64,000 nucleotides of DNA from Fimicolochytrium jonesii (lineage: Eukaryota): the NCBI RefSeq assembly GCF_025526975.1, contig NW_026515688.1, positions 62,001 through 126,000 on the forward strand, written 5' to 3'. Shown here piece by piece: positions 24,725 to 40,443 of this stretch. The first letter of the stretch is position 1, and each line of letters starts with the position of its first letter. The notes under the pieces were generated by a model. It had not been told where the DNA came from, ran no database searches, and was given only the letters and a program-made list of their open reading frames with translations. Made by a program: the position numbers and the translations under genes.

Positions 24725-26134
24725 ATGAACCGTCTCCTTAGTCTGAGTGGGCGTCGCCAGCTTACCTCCCGTCTCGGTCAACTGTTGCCGGGCCGTCCAA
24801 CAACATCGGTCGTTCCTGCCCGCACCCTGCTAACTCGAAAGGGTCCTTCCGTCCGCTGCCAAACCCTCCAAGACGCCGTCTCGCATATCAAGTCAGGAGA
24901 CCGTATCTATGTCCACGGTATCTCCGCTGTTCCGATCGACATGCTCTCTGCCCTTCGGCAGAGAGAAGACTTGCGCAATCTTGAGTTTAACCATCTCCAC
25001 CTCGAGACCCTCAACCCGTGCGATGACCCCGCTCTGACATCTGCCCGTGGCTTCTTCACCCAACACTTCTTTGTCGGAAGCAACGCTCGCAAAAACGTGG
25101 CGAAATCCACTGGCGCGTACATTCCGGTCTTTCTAAGCGAGATTCCCAAACTCATGCGGACGGGCCGCCTCAGGCCCGACATCGCGCTCCTCAACCTGTC
25201 GCCGCCGGATAAGCATGGTTACTGCTCGCTTGGGACTGAGATCGCTTGCGCGCTACCGGCAGCAGAGACGGCTCCCATCATCATCGCTCAGATCAATCGT
25301 CACATGCCAAGAACGTTTGGCTCCGCCCACATCCACGTTGACTCCATCGACTACGTCGTCGACCATGACAAACCCCTCCCACAATCACAAGTCATTACGT
25401 GCTCCGATGTCGAACAGAGGATTGGGAAGCATATCGCAGAGCTTGTACCTGACGGGGCATGTCTCCAAATGGGCATCGGAGCTCTTCCAAACGCTGTTCT
25501 CCAGCAATTGAAATCTCATAAAGATCTCGGTATACACACGGAGATGTTCGAGGAGGGTGTCATCGATCTCACCCGTACTGGCGTGGTCACCAATCTCCGT
25601 AAGAACTTCCTACCAGGAAAGTTGGTCACAAGCTTTGTGATGGGTACCCAACGCGTCTACGACTACGTCGACGATAACCCGACGGTGGTCTTCCTCGACT
25701 CGGCCGAGACGAACGACCCAGTGACGATCGGCCGTAATGACCGCGTTGTTGCCATCAACTCCGCGATTGAGGTCGATCTCACCGGGCAAGTGTGCGCGGA
25801 TTCCGTTGGAACCACACAGATCTCCGGTGTAGGTGGTCAGATCGATTTCGAGAGAGGTGCTGCGATCAGTCACGGCGGCGTGCCCATCATCGCGCTTCAA
25901 TCCTTGACCAAAAAAGGCGCCACACGCATCGTGCCGACCTTGAAAGTTGGAGCGGGGGTCGTCACCACCCGCGCGCACGTTCATTGGGTCGTAACGGAAC
26001 ACGGAGCCGTAAACCTATTTGGAAAGAACATGCATGACAGAGCGAGGCTGTTGATATCCATCGCACACCCAAAGCATAGAGAAGAGTTGGAAAAAGCGGC
26101 ATATGACCGGTTGGGCATCCGTGCGTGGCGATAG
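24725..26134 (+). CDS. Acetyl-CoA hydrolase/CoA-transferase (4-hydroxybutyrate CoA-transferase / ASCT family-1B-like), mitochondrial, intronless
   Basis: Single 469-aa ORF with Arg/Ser/Leu-rich presequence, YIPVFLSEIP, SPPDKHGYCSLG, LQMGIGALPNAV, DLGIHTEMF, INSAIEVDLTGQVCADS, SGVGGQIDF and VVTEHG...LISIAHPKHRE. Confidence 0.95.
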   Translation: MNRLLSLSGRRQLTSRLGQLLPGRPTTSVVPARTLLTRKGPSVRCQTLQDAVSHIKSGDRIYVHGISAVPIDMLSALRQREDLRNLEFNHLHLETLNPCDDPALTSARGFFTQHFFVGSNARKNVAKSTGAYIPVFLSEIPKLMRTGRLRPDIALLNLSPPDKHGYCSLGTEIACALPAAETAPIIIAQINRHMPRTFGSAHIHVDSIDYVVDHDKPLPQSQVITCSDVEQRIGKHIAELVPDGACLQMGIGALPNAVLQQLKSHKDLGIHTEMFEEGVIDLTRTGVVTNLRKNFLPGKLVTSFVMGTQRVYDYVDDNPTVVFLDSAETNDPVTIGRNDRVVAINSAIEVDLTGQVCADSVGTTQISGVGGQIDFERGAAISHGGVPIIALQSLTKKGATRIVPTLKVGAGVVTTRAHVHWVVTEHGAVNLFGKNMHDRARLLISIAHPKHREELEKAAYDRLGIRAWR

Positions 26135-26194
26135 GACGTGAGAGGTTGTGCACGACCCGCTCCGCCCTCCTCTTCCTACACAGCGATTGAAAAT

Positions 26195-26209
26195 TTAGGG
26201 TTAGGGTTA
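26195..26209 (+). repeat. Short interstitial telomere-like repeat (TTAGGG)x2.5
   Basis: TTAGGGTTAGGGTTA just downstream of the CoA-transferase stop codon. Confidence 0.6.
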
Positions 26210-27544
26210 TTGTTCATGGGGTGATATATTCGAAGATTTCAATATACAAGGTTGTTTTTAAGTAGGGGAAGGGCGGGGGGCGAAGGTTTTAGAGGGCCAA
26301 GCGGACTCCTGGGGCAAGCCTCTTGAGCTCAAACTCGGACGGCTGCACCCACCAGCGCACCCACTTTGCACATGCTGCGCAAGCTACATAGAAACGCAAC
26401 GATGGGATAGAGTCGAGCATCGAGATGGGTGCATGTGAGTCGAGCGCAGAACGTCTGAAGCAGTTAATAATTTGGCATTACACGATTTGCGCAAGGTTCG
26501 TTTGTTGCTCCGTTGCCTTGTCGCGCTGTCGGATTTGCCGTCATGCCCAGATCACGTGCGGAAGGCTTTTGGTTTGGCAAAAGGGGGGTCGCACAATAGG
26601 AAGTCCGAGTCCGAAAGCAAAGCATTTCCTTCATGGCCAGTTAATAATTAGTTATGTTAAGTGCCATCACTTAAACAAGGGACAAGTTGCAGGCCGCAAA
26701 CTGGGCTGTGTGTGTGTGGATGGATGGAAATAATAATCCATGCATGGGTGGAGTAATAAAATAAAATTGAGTTTGGCGTCGCTGGCGGTCCATGATGAAC
26801 CCCCTATGATATTGTTAAGGTTAAGGTCATGAGATAATGCCAAAGCGAAGAGGGGGAAAACGCCCGCTCCTCCTCCCGACCCAAAGGAAGGACGCACTCC
26901 CCAACCTTATGCTCCCTCACTCGGCGAAAGCGAAAGCGAAAGGGACTGGAGACAACATTAGAGACCACACTGACAGACACCAACCCCCCCCGGAATTACG
27001 GCTGAGACTCTCACCTCCATATACTCAGCATTACGGCTCCTCTATACAGGGTCCTACTACCTTAGTCTTTGACGGAAGTACTCCACAGAGACGGGTATGT
27101 CTTCCATTAACACGTGCGACGTTGTCCCGTAAATGCTCCCACGCTAAAGCATTTCCCACTTCAGCCAGATAACTCGTCGCTAATACGACTGTGGAATACA
27201 GCAAGCGTTGCAACCCCCACTCAGCGACCAGCACCACCCGAATTTCGTGTCGCAACCTTCAGAAAACACGTTTCCTTCGACTTTTGCAACAGGTCATTCA
27301 CGATCAATTGCACAAACACAGAAAGACGAACAAGCGAGAACCCACAAGCATACCGGCCTAAAACCGGCGTCTCATCTCTCGGAAGAGAGAAAGAGCGCTT
27401 AACATCTCCCTGCTGGACTTTGGGGAAAAAAGCAGCGGTTTCCATCGGTTCGCAATTAAGTCGAGCCCCTACAATCAGCGTTCGCGGAAACGCCTGTATA
27501 AAGATTTTTTGTCGGGCCCGTATATAGTATAAAGCTTCACAACC

Positions 27545-29226
27545 ATGGAGACGTGGCACGGTATAATCAATTCGCCGAACGATGCGCTTTTGCTTTTTGA
27601 GGCGTGTCGGCTTGGTCACATGAAGCGGATTCAGAGGCGGCTGTCGGATTCGGAGCGCATAGCGTATGTCAAGTCGGGGGCGATTTTCCTGTGGGATGAG
27701 GAGGAGAGTGGTATCAAAAGGTGCGTTTGTGGAGAAACTGATTATGACTGTTGGAAATGGTTCCTCACTAACAGTCGTCATTTTTCTCTCGTAGGTGGAC
27801 AGATGGAAAGCACTGGTCTCCATCACGTATCAACGGCAGTTTCCTCATCTACCGTGAGGTCGAGCCTCGCAAGAGCAAGATCCCAGGGATGGACGATCGC
27901 ATCGAGTACGTGATCAAGGAAGATGGCTTAACCAAGAAGGCCATCTCCATCACCACCTCCGACGGGCGCCGACAGCACCTGGTCTCATATTACCTCCGAG
28001 CGGACCTCAACCAGCGGATCCTTGACCCACCGTCGTCGATCCCTTCGTTCTCTGAGCTCGTCATATCGACCGAAATATACCCCGAGTTCATGCCGGAGAA
28101 CACCACCCCGTCCCTCGCCTCGTCGTCATCCTCTATTACCTCATTTACATCCATCGCTTCTACCCACACGCAAAGCACTACTGATTCTAGCAAACCGAAT
28201 TACGTCCCCGTCGCCAAGTACAAGACCAAGAGCGCCCGTGATTCCTCGCCGTACCGGTACGAGCCATCCTCGGCGAAATCGCGGACGTCGCAGCAGGACA
28301 TCGCTCTTGTTGACGGGGGCTTGCCACGCCCATCGCGCGACTCGGGCAAGCATGTCAGTATCCTCAGCAAAGCGCCGCTGGACGACGGCAGATCTTTCCG
28401 GTCCTACGACGGCTCGTCCATCCGGTCGTATGATAATCACTCCATCCGGTCATTCGACACTCAGTCCGTCCGTTCGTTCAACAGCAGGGACGAGCCGTGG
28501 GCGCCACCTGCCCAATCGGAGTACTACGGGTCACATCAAGGTTTCCAGGTCGTCATCCCTTCGCAAGAAGAGAGCAGACGCCAGAGCGAGGCGAAACAGC
28601 AGCAACAGCAACAGCAACTGCATCACATGCAAGTGCAACAAGCCCAACAGCAGCAACAGGGCTACCACTCCTCCACCTCCTCCCGCAACTCGCCCTCCAC
28701 CTCCCACACCCAGCTGCACCGCACACCCTCCGTCATCTCCAACTTTTCCGCCCTCACCGCCCCACCGGACATGGACATGCACCGCTACGGCATGGACACC
28801 AGCACCAACCATCACAGTAGTAGTTCCCCTCACCGCGGCGCACCCTCCGTGCGATCCCTTCCCATCGGCCTCTCCGACTCCCATGAAGGAGGAGGCTTCC
28901 ACCACCCACACCACCACCACCCGATCCTACCCATGCCCAAACCCTCCTCGCCCGCGCACCATTTCATCGGCGTCCAATCCCGTGGGGCGTCCCCGACGCC
29001 TATGGACATCGACTCTGCGCCGTCAGATTCAACGATGTCTGGCACTAGCAATGGGAACGGGGAGAAACCGCCCATGTTTCTAGCGCACTCGAATTGGGCG
29101 CCTGGGATGGATTATCGGCATACGGGGGGCAGTTTGGAGGGGTGGGGGTTGGGGGGATTTGGGGGCGGTAAGGGCGGGAATGGGAGTGGGGAGGACGGGA
29201 GCGGGAGGGGTGCAGGACGTGGGTGA
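27545..29226 (+). CDS. Gti1/Pac2 (WOPR) family transcription factor
   Basis: METWHGII....DALLLFEACRLG....IQRRLSDSER...VKSGAIFLWDEEESGIKR|WTDGKHWSPSRINGSFLIYRE and LTKKAISI.....QHLVSYY. Intron 27721-27794; Q/S-rich tail. Confidence 0.95.
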
Positions 29227-29994
29227 TAATGGATGATGATGATGGGGTCCCAGCGATCGGCTTTGACCATGACAATACCTACCATCCATGGAGGTCGCGC
29301 CGCCCGCCGCCGCCGGTCCTTCATGACCGTTCGCAGCGTTGTCCTTTGCTCATGGGGGGCGATGTTTCCTTTCCCCTCGTCAACCCCCCTCTCGGTCTTT
29401 TGTGTTTTCTCCTTTCAGTAACCCCCCTCCCCTCCCCTTGTTCGTCCCGCTTTTGTCCTGTCAGGTTTTTCTCTGTGATTTTTTTTTTCTTGTTAACATA
29501 TGAAATGAATTTCTCCCGCTTTTCTATCGAGTATGGGGGTTTTCGTGCGAAGGGATGCATTATTGTCAGTACCCGTCTGGTATATCTCATCGAAGTGGGG
29601 CTTACTTTGCGTCGCAACCCTTGGCTTTTGGCTTTTTCGTGCGAGAAAAAAAAAACGAGGGTTAGCGAGCGGGACACTACTGGCAGGAACAGGTTCGATT
29701 CCCGCAGGGGGAGGCGCCATCCTCGATTTTGTCTGTAATTTACCGCGAGATGACATCACAGGCCCTGAACACGAACGACCACGAGACGGACGCCCCCGGC
29801 AAGCAAGCAATCGATGGGGCTTTTTTTGAACAACCAACAGCCATCTCATCTCATCTCAACAACCCCATCTGCCTGTTTACCATATCATACCAACTCACCC
29901 AACACACACACAAGTACTCGTACGCACCCTATAACGTGCCACTCGCAGGATCATACTACCCATCGAAACGGATTGTGAACCCAAGATCATCACG

Positions 29995-32406
<2,412 letters not shown>

Positions 32407-34964
32407 AAGCTACCCTTCTGCGAACATTGGAGTGTTGACTTCGTGTGGGGCTCTCGCTCCCGCCCCAGTGTAGTTTTTTTCTCTTATGATTGGACAGAAC
32501 GGGTCTCTCTGTAGCAGTTTAGCGCATGTATTCGCCGGTTTGGGTGATCGTTCCCTTTTTCGTTTGCTTTTTTTTTTTTGCATTGCGTTGGCTGGGTACG
32601 GGAATGAGATGACATTGGGTCGGTTTTGAACTCGGGCGACGCTCTCAGTGACTTTATTACGCGCGTCCACAGAATCAGTGGCACAGATCCCTCGACATCT
32701 TCGCCCGTCTGCACCCATCCCGTGCAATCCCCTCACGGCCCCATCTTCATCCGGTACGTTCCTAAAATAACGGGCCAGCCGTAATTGTTAGCTTGACATT
32801 TTGGTGGGTGGGCATTCTGCCATTGCTTTTCGGGTGTCATGCCCATGCCCCGCCGGCACGGGAGCGCGTCAATCTTTCCTTGGGGGATTGCCACTGTACA
32901 GAGAGAATCTACACCCCAAATTTCCAAGTATATATGTTTTTCCTATGACATGGGTGTGTCCGGCTGACAGAGTGGGAGAGCGGTCGGTCCTCCCCTTACT
33001 CGTGCCAAGGTCTCGTATCATACTGTATCATACTCGCCCGCAGTCGCGCCGAGGGCGCTCCGGCGGCACTCTCTGGAGAGAGTGCCGGACAGTCCAACGC
33101 ACTTTTCTGTCGCAGAGCAGCTCCCATCTCCCTTCGCTCCGCCGGATCCTCCCGCCTCGCACTCCATCTCAGCATCTACTTCATCTTTCGCGAAACGCCG
33201 GAGGGTCGGCCTCATCAAGCAGATTCTCTATCTCACGCCGGGATCGCTGGGGATCCAGCTGGGGATCGCAGCAGTTGAATCTGGGAGGTCGTCGACGAGG
33301 GGCAGATGAACTCTCGATAGTGTGCGTCCACCCGTGCTTGCTCTGTCATGAAGGTTTCTTTTGTTTGCGCGTGGTCGGATTGAATTTGCAGGGCTTGTAA
33401 TGCGGCATCGCGGGCGTCCAGTGCATGGGTCAGCTCATTCATTTCCCGCTTGCGTTCGCTTGGAGTTTTCTCTTTAGCGCCCGAACCTTTCTTCCTCATG
33501 GGACGCTTTGAGAGTTCTTCAATTCTTCCTCCGGCTTCTTGAGGGTGGTCGCCTGCGAAATGAGCAGGGTCCAGTGGTTTTGCGCATTCGGCTTGCGGGT
33601 GCGGGCGTGGTTTTGGCGTGGGTTGGGCTTATGAGGCCCATGCTTGTGTTGATTTACGAACAAATATGGGGTCCCGGCATCTCTGACCATGCGCAATGTC
33701 CCGGACACAGCTTCGATTCCCCGGTGGATTCCGGCTGGATGGCCTGCTGCACACTCTGGAACATCATCGGAATGCCTTTCGGTCAGTCCGGACTTTGAAG
33801 GAGGCAGACGAGTTGGACGTACCCCTCCCGGCTGGTGACGGGTCTTGAGCGGGGCCAACGTGCTGGGGATACCGGCGAATGGACCAATGGGGGCCGGTTG
33901 CGGGTGGACGCCTCTCGCTGGCCACCGATACGCGGGAGGGGTGACCCTGCCCTTTGGGTCTCCAGGAAGAAAAGGTTTACAGTAGTGCCTTCCGCACCTC
34001 GTCTTGCATCCAGACAATGGTTGTCACCGGCCGGGAGTAGCGACACCGACGGGCAAATCGAATACCCCGGGTCAGTGCCACCGCCCTCGTCCAGAGCGGC
34101 ACGTCGACATCTCCGGGACTCCCCATCATTGATCTCTACTGATAAGTTTCGACCTCATGGGTACATCGCTCAAATGAACCGCAACAAAAACCTGACCTAA
34201 TCCAGGAACCCCGCAAGGCCCCTCGTGCATCGTCGCCCCAACTCGCCGAGTTCCCGAAGACCGCACGCAGGAAGCTGATCGAGAACGGGGAGAGGATACC
34301 CAACCCCGCCGTTGGGTTCGTTACGTCGACGCGTTTAACGGCTTTTGGTTTGTCTAGGATACTTTCGTCTCGACTTTCTATTATACAGTATCTCCACGCC
34401 CGTCCTTCTCTCTTGCTTTTTCCTTTTTGGGGTTACGGACATGCATCGTGGATTTGTGGTGTCCATCCTTGTGAAGGTAGATATGTGGGGGGTACCGAAG
34501 GAGCAGCGGATGCGGGTGAGATAGTTGCAGCTAGTTTGTCGGGCATAAATGTTGTGCACATGCCACCATATATTCCCTTGGGGAGAGATCAAGATTTGGT
34601 CCAAATGGTGCAAAAAAAAAAGAATATATTGCATAGTCTTACGAAAACAACAAAAAAGAGGTACAAAGACAAAAGACAACGACTGCAAGTCGTTTGAGGG
34701 TTACTACATAGTATTCGCGCCATGGGGGGTGTAAGCGACGGTACAATATTCATGAGGTGAGATATACATTTTGCCCCGGCGGCGGGAGAGAAGATCATTA
34801 TCCATCTTGTGTTTGGGTGGTATACGAACGAGGTGGGGTGAGGTAGACCGTGAGGGTGCAAATATCTGTGTGAGAAAGCTGATTTGGCGGGTGGTGTCGG
34901 AGGGCTCGGAGGCAGAGCAGCCGCGTGGGATCAGAGCGGAGGGGCTGCGGCGTCGGGATTTCCT

Positions 34965-37322
34965 TCACGTCACAATCACAGACGGAACCAACGCCGCGCT
35001 GCCACCACCACCATCATTCTCCCCACCCATGCGATCCGACTTGTGCACAAACGACGCCTGGTCCGCACCAGGCGACATATCCTCCTCCTCCTCCTCCTCC
35101 TCCGCCTCATTATCCGTCTCATCATCGTCCGCGTCTCCATTATCCATCGCTTCGTCTTTCACATGGTCATCGTCGTCGTGATTCTGATCGGCTGTAGTTA
35201 ACCCGCCATCAGCAGCAGCAGCGGCAGCAGCAGCAGCCGCCGCCCTCTTCTCCATCTTAGCCGTCTGCATCTGTCTAATCTTAATCGCACACGCATTCTC
35301 TCTCGGTCCCCTTAGATGCCGTCTGAGGGCGTCCGACCTCGCAAAGGCCTTTTTACAGGCGGCGCAGACGTGCGGTTTGAGGCCCGCGTGCAGTTTGGCG
35401 TGGCGTTTGAGGTCGTGTTTGCGGGAGAAGGTGGCGGGGCAGTGGGCGCAGACGAAGGGGCGTTCGCCCGTGTGCGAGCGGTAGTGGGATTTGAGGTTGT
35501 AGGGGCGTGTGAAGGCTGGGGGGATGGCATAAGGGGAGGGTTAGTCGCTTGTAACCGGCATGGGATTACAAAAGAGCCCGCAGAAATACTTACTCTTTCC
35601 ACAATCTGGGTAAGGACACTTGTACACAGTCTGCTTCGGCGTCTTAATAGCCATCTCAGACGGTTTCGGTAACGGCGGCGCGTCCGAACGCGGGGGTACG
35701 GGCGACCCCGTCCTCTTCATATCCTGGTGGTGCTGTATCCCGTTCGCACCGAAATTCAACGAGTGCTGACTGGCATTCGAGTACCGTCGTCCATTGTTGT
35801 ATGAGGCATCCAGAGGTGCGTACTGTTCCGGCGGCGTGATGAGGCCTACGGGTTGGTAAGGTTGTTGCTGTCCTTGGTAGGCGGAGACGCCGATGGTGGG
35901 AAGCGGTGGATTGACTGACTGTTGCAGCTGGCCGGGCATTTGTTGCATGTCTGGGAACATCTGGTTCATCATGGTCGGTTGTGAACCTTGCTGGGTGTAT
36001 GTCAGTTGGTTGGACTGGCCGGGGTTGGGATTCGAGTAGTTTCCCATAAAATCGACGATTGCGGCTGGCGGTAGTTCGAAGTTTTGTGGCGTTGGGTAGT
36101 TGTCGGCTTGCGATGTTCCGTCCAGGCTGTATTGTGCGGGCGACGGGTGGTAGTTTGGAATCGGGGATGCGGAGGGTGACGGGATGGCGTGGATCATTGG
36201 TGAAGTCAAATGGACGATGTTTGCGTATCTATTTGACAACCGGAATTTTGCAATGAGTTTCGAGCTCGGAAGAGAGACAAATGAAAGGAAAGAAAAGAAC
36301 TCGATTACTCACTGCAAGTCGCCGTTGAAGGACCCCGTCGACAAATATCCATCGTCACTAGCATCATCCGTAAGTTGCAAATCCTCCAACCCGCTCAACG
36401 ACCCCGAACTCGGTCTCCGCCTCTGAGGAGATGGCACAGCCAAGAACGGCGCCGTCACATCAATCCCAGAGGTATATTCCGGATTCGGGCTGAGATATGA
36501 ACCAATAGACGTCACAGACACTGCCGACTCATTGTCTGACTCGCTGAAAACCGAAGAGATATCGTCGTCCCGCCACCCGTCGTACCCCTGGAAGTTGGTT
36601 GGCCCTGCATTGTCGATCTGCACCGTTAATTGTGGTACGGCGGGTGCTGTGTAGGCCATACCAGCGCTTGATGCGGGGAGGTAAGGGAGGCTGTCGAAGG
36701 AGGTGGTGTTGTGCTGGGAGAATTGCTGGTTGTATTGCTGCTCTGGCGTTGAGTATGCCTGGGTTTGTTGTTGTTGTTGTTGAGGGCTTTGTGATGACGT
36801 TCCGGAACTGAATTGTCCGTAAAGCGACGGATTTTGACCGTACGCAAAATTGTTCTGCGAACCGACATTTTGCGCAGGTTCCAGTGGGAACCTGTAATTC
36901 ATCTGTGATTGCTGTTGGTAGCCCACAGAGCCGTTTCCCACCGATAGGAGATTCGCATTCGGAGCGGCGGAAGAGTATGCTCCGTTGCTAACATTCACTC
37001 TGTCCGCCTCGAACAGAGCGTTGATAATATCATGCTGATTTTTAAGCTGACCCGCCTGCCCAGAGTTTATCCCTTGCTGCTGCTGCTGTTCATTGTATTG
37101 CGGTGGACTTTGATGGTTAAACTGATTATACGCCCCCTGCGGCGTGAGAACGCCCTGAAAACCAGCGCCTCCCATCGCCGCATGGTTGTTCATGAACTGC
37201 GTTCGCTGAGCGGACTCTGCGAAGAGTGCAAGAATCTCCGGGTCGTCCACCTCACCCTCCTCGAGAGGCATGCCGGTCGTGCGAGCTAAGGTTCCGGTGA
37301 ATGGGGCGTTTGTGGTGGTCAT
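34965..37322 (-). CDS. CRZ1: Crz1-like calcineurin-responsive C2H2 zinc-finger transcription factor
   Basis: Fingers YKCPYPDCGK|.FTRPYNLKSHYRSHTGERPFVCAHCPATFSRKHDLKRHAKLH...CAACKKAFARSDALRRH. Q/S-rich N-terminus with a Ser-rich region, PQLTVQ (PxIxIT-like) and LAVP (LxVP) motifs. Two introns. Confidence 0.8.
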
Positions 37323-38823
37323 TCGCCCAACTTAACCCCTCGTTTGCTGCTGACTGTGCTCGGCTTCAAAAGTCTCTTTCCGTATCCTCCGCCGCTACTC
37401 TCGGAAACCGTACGGGAGTTGCCGATGGCCCGTTTGACTGCTCCGCCAACCTTTGAGATAGCGCTACTACGGCGGAGAGATCAACCTTTCCGCAGCACAC
37501 CGGTGTGTATCCCAAAACCAAGTGAACAGTAGTCCGCCAACGCTGCAGACAACAACGTTGAGTTGAGTGCTTGTTCTCTGTGTATTCAAGAAATCACTTT
37601 GTGAGGATGCAGTCGTGGGTGAATTGCTACATGTGGGGGTCTGGTACAACACCGAGAGCGAGATGCCCCATTTTCCCACGACCGCAGAAGGGACGTTACC
37701 TACCGAATATGAATCCTTCAACAGACGGGGTTCTGCGGCGAGGACGATATGCTTGCACGGAGTTGAGGGTGCGTTTTCTGTCTGTACGAGTGCTTGCAGT
37801 TGATTTCCGCGGACCTGTTGTGAGCGAGTTCTCGCGGCGACGAAGGGAGGCCCAGTTGCGTTCTGATTGATGATGGCTTTGATATGGAGGCCCTTGTTGG
37901 GAGTCCAGTCCCAGGCAACAAGCACAAGCACACGTCAAACCAAACCCGAACGGTCAACTTCCTCCATCCATCCATCCCATCATCACCATCACACGGACGC
38001 CCGGCACAGGGGGAGCCCCTCAGGTCTGGCTGGTTCCTGGCCTGGCGTGCATCCCGCATATGACTTGGGATATGGCTCCCGGTACTCCAACTTGCAACAA
38101 TCAAACGACCCCTTGTTCTCGTTTTAAAACGCCTTCAACCCCACCCCCTGGGAGTCGGGACTCCTCGACTACAAATTAAAATCAGTTTATATCCGGTGCT
38201 TCACATTGCGTCACAAGCGGTCACTCCCGTATATGATTACGTGAGCATGACTCATGTTGGCCCACCGACACTTGCTGGCGCATTTTCCCTCTGCTGCAAT
38301 TCTAAATCCCCGACAAGAACTACAATGTCAGCAAACCCACCCGGACTTTCGCGTGCCTGACTTGCCTTTTGAGAGGGGCGCCCGAGAAGATGAGGGGTGT
38401 GCTTACGGAGAGGGAGATGAGGGCGCTGTTGGGTGGGCATTCATGGACGGGTGAGAGAGGACGGAAATGCTCATTCACTCAGTTTTGGAATAGAGCATAT
38501 ATAGTAGGTAGACAGACAACTATCGACGGTGGGCAGGACAAGTGCAGTATAGACCACTGTCGGATTTTCAAACGACACCACTACGAAGGTTCGTATGGAA
38601 TTTATGGACCACCCATCGCACAGCGATATTTGGGTCCCATCCCACATTTAATGTGCACATATACACAACAATAACCCGAACCCGAAACCAGCGTCATCCC
38701 TCTCACGATCCGAGAGCCCTGATGAAGATTGACGACCCCCAACAACCTCCCTCCTCCCCACACACTCCCAAAAAGAATACTGTCCAAAAAGAATATTGTG
38801 CCCAACGCAGGGCATCTACCCAT

Positions 38824-39648
38824 TCACTCAAAATAGCACCCAAACACAATCGCAACTGCAAAGATCGTCGCCTAAAGAATCAACCATGACAGCCCATCAG
38901 CCATTTTCCCATTTGAAAGGGCACCGTTCCAAAAAACACCCAGGTACATACGTTCTTGAATGACGCCGAAGCATACGAGTCCGTCGTTGTATCCCACACC
39001 GCGCGCGAGGCAACCCTGATCCCCTGTCCTTTAAACTCGCCGATGGTTACGTCCACCACGATTTTGTAGCGCTCATAGTCCAGTTCTGTCACAAAAAAAC
39101 AAACAGACAATCAGAATGAGCGAATGATTCACACCTCCAAAACACCTCCGACTTGACTTTTGAAAAACGTACTCTTAACCGCCCCCAGAATCTCGTTTGA
39201 AATACTCTGCGCAAGTATGGGCGACTTCCCGCCTTCGTACTTCTGTTTCGTCAAGTTGCGGTGCAGGATCTCCTCCGCGATGCGGCGGACCGTCTCGCTC
39301 TGAAACCTGCCTCAAAAACAATCAATAATGACCCCCGCACATACATGCTTCCCCTCCCCCCCTCAAAATTTGCCCCATTACGCACTTCCGATCCGGCTTC
39401 AACTTAAACGTGTTCTCAAACACCACCGCGTTCACAGGCGCATCCGCGACCGTGCGTGCGCTCTGCGGGGCGCCTCCTGCTCCGCGCGGTTCCGAGAGAT
39501 TCATCCGGCTGCCTGCGCGCGACATGGCGAGGTTGTTGCGGGAGCTGGAGGGTTTGGTGTGGCCGGTCGGGGCGCGGGTGGGTGGGGCGGAGTCCGTTGT
39601 TGCGGAGTGGGCGCGGGAGGCGTCGGTGGGGGGGTCTTCGGTTGGCAT
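38824..39648 (-). CDS. Tctex-1 domain dynein light chain (TCTEX1D1/D2-like, ciliary)
   Basis: FENTFKLKPDRK|FQSETVRRIAEEIL...SNEILGAVK|.LDYERYKIVVDVTIGEFKGQGIRVASRAVWDTTTDSYASASFKN|ATIFAVAIVFGCYFE*. Confidence 0.9.
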
Positions 39649-40059
39649 ATTTTCGGCAGGGGTGGGTGCGAGTGGTGACGGTGGTGGTGTGGGTGGGTTT
39701 GTTTGGGTGGACTGTGTGCCCGATCCAGCCTTTCCTTGGAAACTACCGTCCCGTGGTGGACAACCAACAAGCTGTTAAGCGGAGAACAGACCAGTCCAAC
39801 GCGTAACGCGTCTGCTGTTGACAGCGCCCGTTCCGAGACCGTTTCGGGTCGAGTTTTGCCTTCTATTCACATGCCCTGAGATTCTACACATTCATGATAA
39901 TACCAAGCTATGCCATCCCGTCGCTCTCAACGTCTTGTGAGAACTGCGGCCGACATCAGCGCCTCCATCATTCTCCTGGCGTTATCGTTCGCGGTCGCCG
40001 TCGAGTGATTGGGAAAGGTGAGAGGGGAGTGTATTTCAGGTCCGTTGATTGAATATACT

Positions 40060-40092
40060 CATTGCACCATACATTCCACCATACATTCCACC
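40060..40092 (+). repeat. 12-bp tandem repeat (CATTSCACCATA)x~2.7
   Basis: cattgcaccata cattccaccata cattccacc. A second short tandem (GAGGGATGGTT x2) lies near 40233-40259. Confidence 0.6.
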
Positions 40093-40443
40093 GGTGAATG
40101 GGTCTCAAAAGTCCTCGAAGAAAGCGCCCGGCCAACGTTTCTATATACAAGCCGACCGGAGTTGGGAGCGGAGTTGATGGAGAGATCGGGGAGGGAGGGT
40201 CACGGTGTCGATGTAAGCAAATCAGGGGACATGAGGGATGGTTGAGGGATGGTTGAGGGGTTATCTAGCTAAAAAGCCACATACGCCGATTAAGGATAAA
40301 GGTAAGGTGCGAGAATTTACAAATTAGCGTTATGGGTGGTGGGTGGTGGTATATTTGGAGGCTCAAAAAGGGGGGATGGGGAATTGTCAAACTGGGGTGG
40401 AATGTTTTGCGATGGGCGCTGGGGAGCGGTGCTGGGGTTGGTT

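Noticed and set aside
39728..39765. RFX X-box-like TTTCCTTGGAAAC upstream of the Tctex1-domain gene
   Set aside because: Imperfect match with no equivalent upstream of the WD40 ciliary gene; too weak to call.
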